NCBI GenBank assembly: GCA_036630325.1
Contig: CP142729.1
Location: 186,001-250,000, forward strand
Length of the DNA: 64,000 nt
Direction of reading: 5' to 3'
From: Vairimorpha necatrix
Taxonomy: Eukaryota
Shown here: one piece after another, positions 21,366 through 33,949 of the stretch
Layout of the letters: each line of letters opens with the position of its first letter
How positions within the stretch are numbered: position 1 is the stretch's first letter
Translations under genes and position numbers: made by a program
The notes under the pieces: generated by a model
Seen by the model: only the letters and a program-made list of their open reading frames with translations
Databases searched by the model: none
What the model was told of the DNA's origin: nothing

Positions 21366-22449
21366 TGTCTTCGGATAGGTTATACTTTGTGTTATATCAT
21401 AAATTTTGATTTTTATAATCTTTATTAATATACTTTGCATATTAAAAACGGCATTTAGTGTTTTTATTTATAAGTAATAGTTTGTTTTGAACAAGGAATG
21501 TTTCTGTAAAAACGATAAGACTAATGCAGTTTTTCTTATATAAATCAATTTTTATAATATACATGTTGTGCGATCCTCTATAGAAAAAAGTGCAAAAATA
21601 GCAAATAACAACTTACTTGCAAAATATTCTTTCTTAATTGGAATCTTTGTATACTTTTAATTACTGAGTATCGTATACGTAATCTTAAAAAGATTATAAG
21701 ACGCTTACATAAACTAAAATGAAGTTTTGTGAACTCAAAATTATTCATTTCATTATCTAAAACTTTGTATATGAACATCACTTCATGTATACATTTCTTG
21801 TTTTTTCAATTTATTTAGAAAGATAATAAATACTCGAGGTTAAAGCTGTTACGTTTAAGCAAAAAATTGTTTTTAGTTTATATATATAAAGTCCTTACCT
21901 TTCTTTTATATTGTTTATGAAAATTCTTGAAAATTGGCTTTTAATTAAATTCTAAGAATTTCAGAAGCTAATTTAAAAAAAACAAACGGGAAAGTGAGCT
22001 AACTGAGTAAAATATAAGAAAAAGCTGAAATTTATTATACTTATAACTTTGTAAAAATAATATTATAACATATAAATGTAACTTAGTAGGTTATAGAATA
22101 ATCAGACATCAGCTCTCTGTTATGATCTTTTGCACTCATATAAGTTAAAAAACGTGGCCAATTTGACAAATCCCTACTTTGTATCCAAAAATCTATTTTA
22201 ATGTTTTATATGTTCATAATGTAAGTGGGCGTGGCGCTAGTAGAGTGTTTCTATATAGATAAGGTCTTTTTGTATAAAATTTGTTTATAATACATTTAAC
22301 CCCCAAAATAGAAGTTAAATTGATTACACTATATGCTGTATACCGATTTTGTTAAAATTCTTCCGGTTGCGCGCCATCGCGCGACAATAATTAGACAATT
22401 TTAATCTTACTCTTTTTAGATTAGCAAATAAATAGTCAATGTTCTTATT

Positions 22450-23228
22450 AATTTCAATAAATCCCCCTGGTATTTTATTATTATTGTTTTAACTGAAATT
22501 ACAGCGATACCGATACTCTAAAATGTTTTAAGTGTCTTAAATTTCATGACTACCTGAAATTATTCTACCAATTTAATCATTCTAACTGGCCAAGTACTAT
22601 AGAATCTTATTATTTTGTAGCTATTACTTTATAATAATAATAATGTCCAGTACTATTACTTTTAATAAAAATCAAAGATTATAATAAAAAAATAGATTCC
22701 ATCCTTATACTTCTCCAAGTGTTCATCAAAAACAATATCTTTCTTTGCCGTCTTAATTGCATTAAAGTGATCATATATTTATATAAAAATCAACTTACAC
22801 ATATTTTATATTTCATATTTAGCATCGTTTAAATTTTAAAAATTGTTTTTTATAATTTTTTATACAAAATTTGTTTTTATTTTTGTTTAAGTGTTCTTGA
22901 TTCCAAATATTAATCTGATCAATAATTTTTTTTTTCAATGATTTATTATCTTTTGCAATTTGTTGATATTTGCCGTCCCTTTGTTTGCATTTTTTTTCTT
23001 TGTTAATATTATATACATATGAAGTTTATCGTCTTTTTTGTATGATCTGATGTATCGTTATTTTGATTTTTTTATTACAACCATAGTAAGATAGTAATCA
23101 TCATTATGCCTTCAAATTTAATTTTGTCTTTTATGTTTTCTTGTTTATGATAATCTTACGGGCATAAACTAACCTCATTGGTTGTAGTCATCGCCTCGGA
23201 ATATATTAATAAAAAAATAAATATAACA
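22450..23228 (-). pseudogene. Decayed secreted-protein gene
   Basis: MLYLFFLLIYSEAMTTTNEVSLCP* signal-like start followed by a broken K/N-rich frame. Boundaries approximate. Confidence 0.35.
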
Positions 23229-24229
23229 TTTATGTTTCTAAAAAATTTGTGCAATCAAAGAAAAAATTATATGAGAGTTTTATAACACTTTACTAAAATA
23301 ATTCAAGTTTAAGTATTAAAATAACTTAATTATAAATATTTTCATTTAAATGTATTAAAATACTATATGTATATCTTAAGAAAAGAAGAGACACACAATA
23401 AAATTTAAAATTAAAAACTGACGTTTACTTTGATCGCATGATTAAATTTTTACAATTAGTTGTCATGTGTATATGTTAAATAATTGTATTGATTACAAAA
23501 TAAAAACTATAGAAATATTAACAAGAAAATATAAATTTTGAATATAATATTGATGTTTAACTTTTAGGCATCAATATGATTTTGACAAAGTTTTAATTTT
23601 AATATTATAAATATTAAGCTCAACCTTTTCTATTTAAAAATTCTAAAATGATGAAGTCTTATATTTAAGAATAAAAACATTGTTAATTAGTTTGCAAACT
23701 ATAAAATAGTTTCAAAAGCGTATATATGAAAGTAATATATTTTTATTACTGTTGTTATCGTAATAAATGCAGACCAAGGAGATAAATAAATTTTTTTACA
23801 TAAGATTAGTAGATTTTTAGTCTGCATTTAAAATTGAGTTGTTTTTACTAAAATTTTAATAGAAAAAAATTGTCATCAACCCCTTATACATATTGCAAAA
23901 TTATATATGCGAATATAAACATTAGGGAAAAAAGCTTTATGTAATGTGTGTAGCCGTTCATATACTTACCAATCATATTCTTACAAATGGACAGATTTGA
24001 TTGGCTACAAAAAGTATTATAAAACATTATCGAAAGAGAAGATGGAAATTCTTATAAAACGTTTGACATAATGTATAAAATTAATTATAATATATAGTTA
24101 AGAATCTAAAAAATATATATAATTTTTCATCATTGATGGTCCATTCAAATGTGACTGATTCTATAAAATACTATTCGATAAATATTTATAAAAAACAATT
24201 TTATTCTATATTTGTCATTAAGAAAGATA

Positions 24230-24655
24230 TAAAGATCGAACACAACAGACGAGATCATGAAGTTATAGACATAAAAAACGAAATACCTATAATTGAAATC
24301 GGTGTCCCTTCAATTGATAACCTTAAGCAGGTGGAAACAGAGAATCTCAGAAAGTTGAAATCTTTGCCAATGAAATGTCACTAATGTATGGCTTCAAATG
24401 TAATAATACTTCGTTGTATAAACATGAGAAGGCGTGGTTACCAAATACTATTAAACTACCGAAGAAGGCTTGATATGCCTAAACCGTTGAGGCGTATATT
24501 CAATCTCTTGTATTGATAAAGACTCATAAAAAATTGTGAGATCTCGGAAGTGATGAAGAACGACGAGAGACGGTGGGTCTAATCATCTCCACTCACAAAG
24601 AGATGCATATGAAGAGGGAAATAGAGACATACGAATAAGAAAGCTGCTTCATTGA
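24230..24655 (+). mobile_element. 5'-truncated RLE-type non-LTR retrotransposon
   Basis: HNRRDHEVID..IIEIGVPSIDNLKQVETE resembles the RPD..IIEVG..EK.RKY restriction-like endonuclease. Shared 3' end ...GCTTCATT. Confidence 0.75.
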
Positions 24656-24976
24656 TAATCTTCATTTATAATATGAAGCAAACATTTTACTGTAATTTTA
24701 TGTTGATATTGTATTTAAATTTTCTCGTTTACTACTGATTTTTGTTTTTTTTATTGATGATCGTTTTTTGTATAATTTAATAAAGCTCAATAACAGAAAT
24801 GTTTCTTAAAAATACTATCAATTCTTGTATTTGTTAGACATTTATTGTTGGTTCAATCTCCCCATTTTATACATGCAATAAATTTATTAAAAAAAGAGGT
24901 TTTGCGAATTTCTTCTATTAATATTGTCTAAATTGGAATACCTGATTCCAATGAGACATATTTTGATAATTATAGG

Positions 24977-25177
24977 TGTTACCAGAAGGAGAGCTGGTTA
25001 TTGAAGAAGGCTTTTTATTAGAAGAAGAACTATATTTATTTGGCATGTTTATTCTATTTAAGATTTCTTAAATAGTTTTAGTTTCGGATCTGAAACAATC
25101 ATGTTTCAGATCATTATGATTTGTTTCATCTTTCAGTTTTAGTCTGATTATTGGTGTGTGCAACACAGCCGGTAACA
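24977..25177 (-). repeat. 3' LTR
   Basis: Identical by eye to 27143-27343; preceded by a polypurine tract on the minus strand. Confidence 0.95.
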
Positions 25178-27212
25178 CTCTCCCCTCCTTAGAACAAGGC
25201 TTCACTTCCAGGGAAGATGTTATATTCTCCAATATATCGTCGTCTTTCTTATATACTACAAAATCATTTCGGTTTATAGAGTGTTCTATTCCATCTTCAA
25301 GACTCCTTACTTCATAGGCTCCTTTTAGTTTGTTTTTTGTGACTATGTAGGGTCCTATATAAATTTTATCCAATCTTTCATTTCTATATAATGTATGGTA
25401 AGACATTAGGAACTTTTTACGTGGCTTCTTGAGGATATTGTACGTTATTCTTTTTAACCTTTTTCTCGAGTTATCTAATCCATAGGGGATGATATTCCAC
25501 AGTAATTTTCCTGTAAATTTCGGCCTAAAAACAACATCATTTTTTGGCACGATTGATGCGTGAGCGCTTCGAGCGACCGTATCTTCCTCGCTCGCCACGC
25601 TTTTAAATGGTCGTATAGGGATTTCTTTATTTCCTTCATACCCACTTAATTCCTTTCTCAAGGGTATCTGATAGTATCTGTTTTCCAGGTCGAGCTGTTG
25701 GTTTATTTTCGTGCTACTTAGATAAACCCAACGCGCAGTTAATCCAGATTTGGCCTTGTTGTACTTTGTTCCATTAAACTCTTTAAAATCTATGCATAGT
25801 TGCATACAGTCGACCCCTTCCGTTGCGATTACAGCGGGTGTTTGGTAGTATCGCCTTTCCGGGTCGAGCTGGCGGTTCAATTTCACTGTACTCAAATATG
25901 TAAAAGATTCTTCAAACAACTGAGGTTGACATACTTCTTCAATCATGGTTTCTTTTGCTTTTGTATCTTCATTGCATAGGCGCACACCATCGTCTCTTTT
26001 CGTTACGATCGATTTTAATGAGTCCTTGGTGCTCGTATAGTCGTCTCTTCCCGCGCTTTTATTTACTTGCGCAATGTTTGGGTGGTTTCCATCGTGTCCA
26101 AGTATGTTCTTTTGCAAGCAAACAATATGCCTGCTGGTCGATGCACTCATCTCGGTTAATCTCGGATTTCGATACTGAAGTGAGATCTGAGCTGTTTCTG
26201 TACTTGCTCTTTTTTTAATCCGCATATCTTCTTGTTTTGACACTCTTTTGTCTATACTCTGTGGATAGTTTCGAATGCATTGGCCTCCTTTAGCCCTTCT
26301 TAGTTTCTTTCTATTAACTAAGGTTTTATCAACAAATGAGTTAAATTCACCTGATCCCAGGCGCATTCTTACTACATCGCCATTAACGGTTCCTTCGACT
26401 GTAGTATCGTTCGTGTCTCTTGACACCGGATCTGCCTCGATTAAAAACACCTCTATTTCCTCGTGTTTATTGCAGTCCTTAAGCAAGTGCTCACCTCCGC
26501 ACTTATAGCATACTACCTTTCTCAGACTCTCTTTCGTCCGTGTAGTATCTGGCCTCGAAGTCCTTGCTTCCCTTGGCCTATTCTGTTCAGGTCTCTGCCT
26601 TGAACTCTCAATAAATTTATGATTTCTCTCATAAATCTTTAGTACAACGTCCCATGACGTTGCCTCTTCCACCTTTTCTTTAAGTGACGGTGGGAAATAT
26701 CTAGCCAACTCCTCCGTAATTTCAGACACGCTAACTCCTGCTTTCTTGTTAAGCTTCATTAGTTCGTATATAAAGTTTTCAATTTTCATATTTACAGGTC
26801 CAGAGTATAGTCTCTTATAAAGCATTTTAATGGGATTAATTCCCTCCCGGAATTCTTCTTTCCCATATTTTGTTAGAAATTTCTGTTTGAATTCCATATA
26901 TCCTTCCACCTCGTCTTCAATTACAGCCTCATACCATAGGAGAGCTGATTCCCCTAAGTATCTCTTAATGTAGTTGAGCAGTTTTATATCATTCCATTCT
27001 CCCTCGAGGTATTTAAATTGATTAATCCAGACCCATGCATTCTCGCCTTGGGTACCGTTGAATTTCACCATTGTGTTAGTAGATATCCCTAATTTTTCTA
27101 GTAGGTGGCCCAATTCGTTGGATTTCGAATAGTTGTCGCCAGTGTTACCAGAAGGAGAGCTGGTTATTGAAGAAGGCTTTTTATTAGAAGAAGAACTATA
27201 TTTATTTGGCAT
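25068..27212 (-). CDS. Gag-like protein fused to dead protease, RT and integrase remnants
   Basis: Zinc knuckle CYKCGGEHLLKDC; LGSG in place of LDSG; RT-like LCIDFKEFN, LDLENRYYQIP and IPYGLDN; no YxDD; GPY motif. Confidence 0.85.
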   Translation of the reverse strand: MPNKYSSSSNKKPSSITSSPSGNTGDNYSKSNELGHLLEKLGISTNTMVKFNGTQGENAWVWINQFKYLEGEWNDIKLLNYIKRYLGESALLWYEAVIEDEVEGYMEFKQKFLTKYGKEEFREGINPIKMLYKRLYSGPVNMKIENFIYELMKLNKKAGVSVSEITEELARYFPPSLKEKVEEATSWDVVLKIYERNHKFIESSRQRPEQNRPREARTSRPDTTRTKESLRKVVCYKCGGEHLLKDCNKHEEIEVFLIEADPVSRDTNDTTVEGTVNGDVVRMRLGSGEFNSFVDKTLVNRKKLRRAKGGQCIRNYPQSIDKRVSKQEDMRIKKRASTETAQISLQYRNPRLTEMSASTSRHIVCLQKNILGHDGNHPNIAQVNKSAGRDDYTSTKDSLKSIVTKRDDGVRLCNEDTKAKETMIEEVCQPQLFEESFTYLSTVKLNRQLDPERRYYQTPAVIATEGVDCMQLCIDFKEFNGTKYNKAKSGLTARWVYLSSTKINQQLDLENRYYQIPLRKELSGYEGNKEIPIRPFKSVASEEDTVARSAHASIVPKNDVVFRPKFTGKLLWNIIPYGLDNSRKRLKRITYNILKKPRKKFLMSYHTLYRNERLDKIYIGPYIVTKNKLKGAYEVRSLEDGIEHSINRNDFVVYKKDDDILENITSSLEVKPCSKEGRVLPAVLHTPIIRLKLKDETNHNDLKHDCFRSETKTI

Positions 27213-27343
27213 GTTTATTCTATTTAAGATTTCTTAAATAGTTTTAGTTTCGGATCTGAAACAATCATGTTTCAGATCATTATGATTTGTTTCATCTTTC
27301 AGTTTTAGTCTGATTATTGGTGTGTGCAACACAGCCGGTAACA
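27143..27343 (-). repeat. 5' LTR
   Basis: Followed on the minus strand by PBS TGGCGACAACT (27141-27131). Confidence 0.95.
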
Positions 27344-27752
27344 ATAGGCACTTTATTAACATACTACGCTAGTCGAGCGTATTATTAATTATATGATAAT
27401 TTTTTTTAAAAATAAATATGTAGTAAAAAAAACTATAAAGTTTGTGAAATTTTAGATTTCACAATTAATAAAGAATTTAGTTTATGTTTGGTCATCTTTT
27501 CGTGCCTTTATTCAGTAATATTGGTATTCATTATTAAAAAAATATATACATTTAAAAGTTTGCTTCATAACTATGTTTTTAAATTATAATATAGATTTTT
27601 TTAAGGACAAGAGTCTATAACGATCGATAATACCATGTAGACCTTTACTATATTATGTTGACACATTATTGCTGCCATTAAAAACAGAGAATTTATTTAG
27701 TGGAACATCATGTTCAGTTTTAACATAAAAATTTTATAATATTATTTTTTTA

Positions 27753-28697
27753 TTAATTTTTAAGATTATTTTTTTTGTTATGTTTATATAGTTTGTTGGC
27801 AATGATTAGTAAATTATCCACTACAATGGTTTGGTTATTGCTCATATCCTGTATCATTAATACATTATCATTATATGTCTTAGTCAGTATATCTTTCCTT
27901 AGTAAATTCAGTATCGCCACCCCGATATACACTAGTATGCTATTTATATCTTTATAAGATAATATATTTGTAAAAATTTTCATATAATCCTGATATTGAA
28001 ATTCTCTGAAAAATATGCAATTAAACCACCTAAAACTAAATACATGAAATTCTAAGCCTATTTCATGTAAATAATCACACAGGACAGGATCTATATTTTC
28101 CATTTCTTCTCTAAATCTTAAGATAAGATTTCCCTGTAAATTAATTATATTAAATTCTATTTTTTTGATAAAATCTAAGTATAAGAAATAGGCCTGGTAC
28201 TCAGGACAATTAAGAACAAATGGCACCAGAAAATCAGCCATACCTTGTACATATCCTAACTTATATCTTTTATGAGATATTAATAATAAAATATTTATGT
28301 ATGATTTAGATATATCTTTACCCTTTACAAGTGTGTAATTAGTATTCAATCTTTTTATATCTATTTGTATTTGATGAAGTATTTTTTTATCTATAGGAAT
28401 TTTGTTATGAAATGGTAAATTATTTTTTTTAATAAAGTCAAGAATATTACCATTAAATGCCAATGAAAAATCATAAGAATCATTATCCTTGAATGATATA
28501 TCATTATTAAACAATACATTATTATTAAAAGACATATTTAGTAATGTAAGATATTCTTCATAAGATCCATTCTTTAATAAAAGGGACCAAATATCTGGCC
28601 CAAATATTGATCTGGACTTTTTTATGAATTTCCTTAGTTTAACTTCATCTATTATTCTATGAGATAATATTCTTTGTAGTTTGCTTTTGTTTGTCAT
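27753..28697 (-). CDS. GYP1: TBC-domain Rab GTPase-activating protein (Gyp1/TBC1D22-like)
   Basis: IQIDIKR (arginine finger), GYVQGMADF (glutamine finger), FSFRWFNCIFFREF. CCCCTCCC upstream of ATG 28697. Confidence 0.88.
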   Translation of the reverse strand: MTNKSKLQRILSHRIIDEVKLRKFIKKSRSIFGPDIWSLLLKNGSYEEYLTLLNMSFNNNVLFNNDISFKDNDSYDFSLAFNGNILDFIKKNNLPFHNKIPIDKKILHQIQIDIKRLNTNYTLVKGKDISKSYINILLLISHKRYKLGYVQGMADFLVPFVLNCPEYQAYFLYLDFIKKIEFNIINLQGNLILRFREEMENIDPVLCDYLHEIGLEFHVFSFRWFNCIFFREFQYQDYMKIFTNILSYKDINSILVYIGVAILNLLRKDILTKTYNDNVLMIQDMSNNQTIVVDNLLIIANKLYKHNKKNNLKN

Positions 28698-29735
28698 CAA
28701 GGGAGGGGAAAAAACAAAACATTTTTTGCTTCAAGTTGTAAAAATAAAAATCATAATTTTTATTTAATTTACAATAAGAGATGCTAGAGAAAATATCTTA
28801 ACAATTTTCTTTCATAAAATTATGAACTGCCAAGATGAAATATTTCACATATTGTCAAATCATTGTACGTTATTGCTTTTATGACCATTGTGCAAGATAA
28901 AAGCCTTATAAGTCCTTTGCAAAAATACAAAAAGTTTACACAACATTTTAATAAAACATGGCACAACACAGCCGTTTGTATTCTAAAAAAATTTAACTCA
29001 AAAATGGAACTTATAGAGTTACGAAGAAGAACAACAGCCGTAGATTACGAAGTCAATTTTTTATGAACTTTGAAGATACACAATTTGAACTTATTGAGAC
29101 TTTACATAATAGTTTGACATTCAAAAGGGTACTATAAATAATGGGAATAGGAAACACATATAATACATTTTGAACATAAATAAGAAAAGGCGATTTTATA
29201 GCACACTATTTCCATTCTATTCTGTAATATAAAAACTTTTTTGTAATGTTTTTCTTTCAACAGCAAACTCTTTTTTATGTTGACCCAATAAGTCGCAAAT
29301 AGATTTAACGTAGAGCGTATTTTCTTTTAATGACAATTTGATCAAAGTAAGCGTATGAAGAATAAATTCGCGACCCGACGCAAAAACGTGTTTATAATTG
29401 TCTATAATTTAAAAGCCGATATTTTGATATAGCTGATCAAATTATTATATTTATAGCTAGTTATATATTATAAAAATTTTAAAACTTTTTTTAGTCTAAT
29501 GATTTCGAGATTTAAAGGCGGAGGTACATTTTTTTTTATTTATAAATTTTCCAAACATTGTATAATTCTGATTCAAAATTTCTTCTTGTTATTGTGATTT
29601 TAATTTTGACAAACATGCATATAAGGGTTATTTTATTAATTTATATATATTCAATAAATACAATATTAAAAACAAAGTTTGTTCTGTAAAAATAACAATA
29701 GATTAAAAACAAAAGCATTTGAAGCATTTAAACTA

Positions 29736-30914
29736 CTAAATTTTATTTTTTCTGCGAACCACTTTTACTATCAGATATATAAATAGCGCTTGAATACAAA
29801 AAAAGAAGAACTGTATAAGAATGAAATTCCTATGTCCGTTATTGGATGAATTTTTATCTCCTCTATTTGCTGGATCTTCATTTTTATCATTCCCTTTCTG
29901 AGTATTATCTTCATCACTTTTATCATTCCTTTTATTGGTACTACCTCCATTACTTTCACCATTCCCTTTATTAGTATTATATTCATCACTTTTATTATTC
30001 GTTTTATTATCTTCATTACTTTTATCATTCGTTTTATTATCTTCATTACTTTTATCATTCCCTTCATCTTTAACAAATTGTAGTCTTCTTTTGACTCTTT
30101 TATTACTTAAATCTTTATTTTCAATCGTTTTTTTATTTTTAAAATTCTTTTTATTTATTATCTTTGTGCTATTTAAATATGCCATTTCATTTGGTCCTTG
30201 AATTTTGTACGTTTTATTTAAATTTTTATTTTTAAGTGATTTTTGTGTGTTATTTTTTGTTTTATTTGTTCCGTTTTTACTTATGTTCATTTTATTCTTT
30301 TCATTAGTTTTTTTCTTTTCGTTAATACTTTCATTTTCATCTAAATCTTCACAATCTAATGATTTTAGAAAATAAAAATTATCTTCATAATCTAAAGAAA
30401 GTATTATATTCTTATTTTTGATGTCTTCATCTTCTACATACAAATTTTAAATTATAAACTTTAGATTCACGAGATGCTTTAAATTAGCCAGATTTCCATA
30501 TTTTTTCAATTTTGTGTTTATTTTCACTATTTATTAAAACCATAAAATATTTTTTAGCATCATCGATTTTAAAATTTACTCTAAAAATTCTTTTGCACTT
30601 CATAAACACTTCTTTGATGTATGTACGATGTGGAAAAGCATAATTTATATTTTTTATCATAATGTCGTCAAACTCACACGGGGTTAATTTATCTTTTCTT
30701 GCGTCATAATTTAGTTTATTCTGTTTATTTATCAGTTTATACGTCGAATCAGTATTTTTATTTTGTTTTAACAGATTACACATATAATATCCTGTTTTTA
30801 AGTCATTTGTAAATCCCAAATAAAGAAATAATCATTTTTACTTTTAATTGATAGTAACATTGCGTCTTCGACTGCTGTAATTTTCAGTATAAAGACGATA
30901 ATTGCAAAAAACAT
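29736..30914 (-). pseudogene. Signal-peptide/C-terminal TM family protein, two frameshifts
   Basis: CCCCATG; MFFAIIVFILKITAVEDAMLLSI / YLGFTNDLKTGYY homologous to 40482-41477; NDKSNEDNKT repeats; C-terminal TM segment plus basic tail. Confidence 0.75.
29980..30062. repeat. 30-bp coding tandem repeat (~3 units)
   Basis: TCATTACTTTTATCATTCGTTTTATTATCT repeated; encodes NDKSNEDNKT. Confidence 0.85.
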
Positions 30915-33485
30915 GGGGCATAAAATTAGTAGAAATTTATTGAAAATTGGTCTTTATATTGATTTTTGACATTTCCAATGATAAATATAAAATGTTTTTT
31001 TCGTGATTTAAGGCGGCTTTATATTATTAAAAATGTTATAATGTAAATAGTAATATATGACGTAAAATCTATCGAATTTATATAGTAAAATTTTAAAATT
31101 TATGTATCTTACATCATTTGTTGTCAATAATAAATTAAAGGATATAACGTAAGAAAAATAAAAAAATAAGTTACAAAATTATTTAAACAACACTTAGATG
31201 TTTATGTAGTGCATGAAAGAGCAAAAGCGGCAGTTAAAAAAAATCACTTCTCTTTGTTGTTAGTGTCACTTACTATGTTCCACGCCCTAATAATAAAACT
31301 GAAACTGTGAGATGGAACTACTTTTAATGATCTTTAACTTTAAACTATTTAAAGATTTTTAATAGAACAAAAATACAAAACAAATATAATTCTCGCTTAA
31401 ATAACAAGCTTTATTCATCCCAAGCTTTACTTCTAGTAACAGTCATTTGAGCTAAATTTATAAAAAAATACTTGTACTTTATTCTCAACGTTACTTGAAC
31501 AACTCAAAGTTATGACGTCTAAAGTTTAGTTCTAGTACAAAATAATTGCAAATGAAAACAATGTTTTGCGATAATTATTACATAGAGACTGTTGAAGTGT
31601 ATTACAAATACCATGTAATATCGAAAGTTGTGGAATTTGATCCAAATGAAAAAATGTACAAATGTCATAAAATAATTTAAATAATTTCATCATAGAACTT
31701 TACTCGAATTTGATTTTTAAATTGTTCTAGAATAGGTTTTTGTGCAACGAATAAATTCAGAAATACTTGAGTTTACGTATAAATATAATAAAAAAATTTA
31801 AGTTTTTTGAAGCTTATTGCTTAGAAGCACGAAAATCAAATTAGAAAATTTGCAAAGTTTCGCTTTAAGAAAGAATCGACAGATAAAAAAGAACTTTACT
31901 AGGCAACAATGCCAATACGCTGTTAGAAAATTCCGGAAGGACCAGTCCATTCGGGCCGGTCGCATAATTTTCATTTTATAAGTATAACGCCTAAAAAATC
32001 TAATAAACAAGTTTTGTTAGTAAAGTTATTTTTTAATAAACAAATGTTGAGATAAAAAACTATTAATAGTAGTTGTCAATTATTTTTTTAATTGATTAAA
32101 GCGACTTATTTACACGATATAATGTTAAATAAAATCAAATTAGATTATTAGGTTAGCATATATAGAATACCTAATAACAAATTGTCATAATACCATTATT
32201 AATGAAGAGATTACAACAAATTTTTTTTCACACAATTTCAATCATTTTAGCAATTTACAAATGCAGATAAAAAACAAAAACATGTTTATTTATACGTTTA
32301 GAATTTTTAAATCTTTAGTTATGTTCTTCGGTCCGTTTTGAAAAATTTTGTTATATTTTTCTATACGCGTAATATTTTCAAATCATTAAAATTTCACATA
32401 TAAAGAATAAAATTTTGTCAACGCCAATTTGCTTTTGAATTCATATAATAGTTGAAGTATATATTTTGTTTTAGATCGCTTTAAGAAGTACATAAAGCAT
32501 AAAAAAGAAATAACTATAAATTTGAATGATTACCTACTTGTGCTGTATTTGTCGTAATCAACATGAAACTACAGCTCAGAAAAATTTGCGATGTTTAAAT
32601 ATAACTACCCCATACTTAAACTTATTAATCACACATTCAGAAATTTTATCTGTCCATAAAACAAATAGATACATTACATTTTTGGTTTACTTAGCTATAA
32701 TAATTCCAAAAGATGTTATCTATTTGAGTGAAACGCGTTTTATTTTCTTTTACTCTCAAATCTAGCTTTCAATCTGTATAAATATCCTTCAGATACGTTT
32801 TGAAAAGATTTCTGATTTTATATAATCAAATTTTGTCGCTTATTTCGTGCTCCTTAAATTTTGAAACTACGTGCTAGTCTTGATACCATCCAATAATATC
32901 ATTTATACTTTTGATATTTCTAATCTTTCATAAATTTATCAGTGTAAAGTTAAAATAATCTACAAAAAACATCTTTTAATATATATTAGCTCCGAATCAC
33001 AAAGAACAATCACTGATTGCTGATTATAAAATATTTTTTTAAAATCTTTAGTCTGTTGCTTCTTATATGCCTTGTCTACACTATAAATTGAAATTTACTA
33101 ATTTAACTTTATATAAAATATAAAACATTTGTTTAATCAAAAATTTTATTGAGTTCGTAAATTTTTAGCGCCTCAATTATTATGATTATAAATACGTTGA
33201 AATGGCAAATTTACATAAAAACGCCATACCACGTCCTTTATCGAGTGGACTGTCTTCGCCTCCATCTATATGTTTTTGTTTTTTTTGTATTTGTATTATT
33301 AATTTACTCATTTACTTTTATTTTATCTAATATTTCCAGTTCATTTATTCTTTTCTCTTATAGTGCTTGTAGATCTATAAAATAATGTCTTTTAATGATG
33401 CTCTTCAACTCTACTCGCCTTTCCTCGATATCTTCTTGAGATAGAAGGTTGTTTGTAAAAGTTGATTATCAATTTTTTTTTGCAA

Positions 33486-33855
33486 TTGTCATGTATCCTG
33501 GGCACATGGCCATTTTTATAATATTTTTCTAAATAGTTTTTGATATTAATAGTTTTATTAAATTTATGGTAATCTTTATTTTGATTATTTAATCCATCTC
33601 TCTTGATCATTTCCGCGTACCCTTCTCAGCCATATTTCTTTTATAGTTTATTTTTAATTTAAAGATTGTTGTCAACACTAAACTACAAACATTGGCGTAC
33701 TTACGAATGTAGTAACGACCATCCAACTTTCGTTTGTTTGTTTGTTTGTGTGACTCATCTTGACATGTAACTTGAAATGCTTGACATGTCGTTGGACATC
33801 GGCGACAGATGACATATTTGACATCTGTTCATGTGATGTAGCAATGTACATCACA
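33486..33855. repeat. Dispersed repeat of unknown class, copy 1
   Basis: Colinear with 46711-47058; identical 25-nt block TTGATCATTTCCGCGTACCCTTCTC. Confidence 0.85.
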
Positions 33856-33949
33856 GCAATTCTATCCGTTTTCCATATAACATATATAAATATTATTTTA
33901 AGAATAAACTAAAACTATAAACTATCTTCTTTCGGAATTAAAATTAAAT

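Larger units (their letters stand above)
24977..27343 (-). mobile_element. Young non-autonomous Ty3/gypsy-derived LTR retrotransposon
   Basis: Identical 201-bp LTRs (24977-25177, 27143-27343; TGTTACC...GGTAACA), 5-bp TSD ATAGG, PBS TGGCGACAACT, PPT AGGAGGGGAGAG. Confidence 0.97.

Noticed and set aside
29771-30201. Overlapping ORFs of 101 and 88 aa
   Set aside because: Shadow frames of the 30-bp coding repeat.
31921-31970. GC-rich patch starting TGT as another Ginger end
   Set aside because: No partner inverted end or integrase found nearby.
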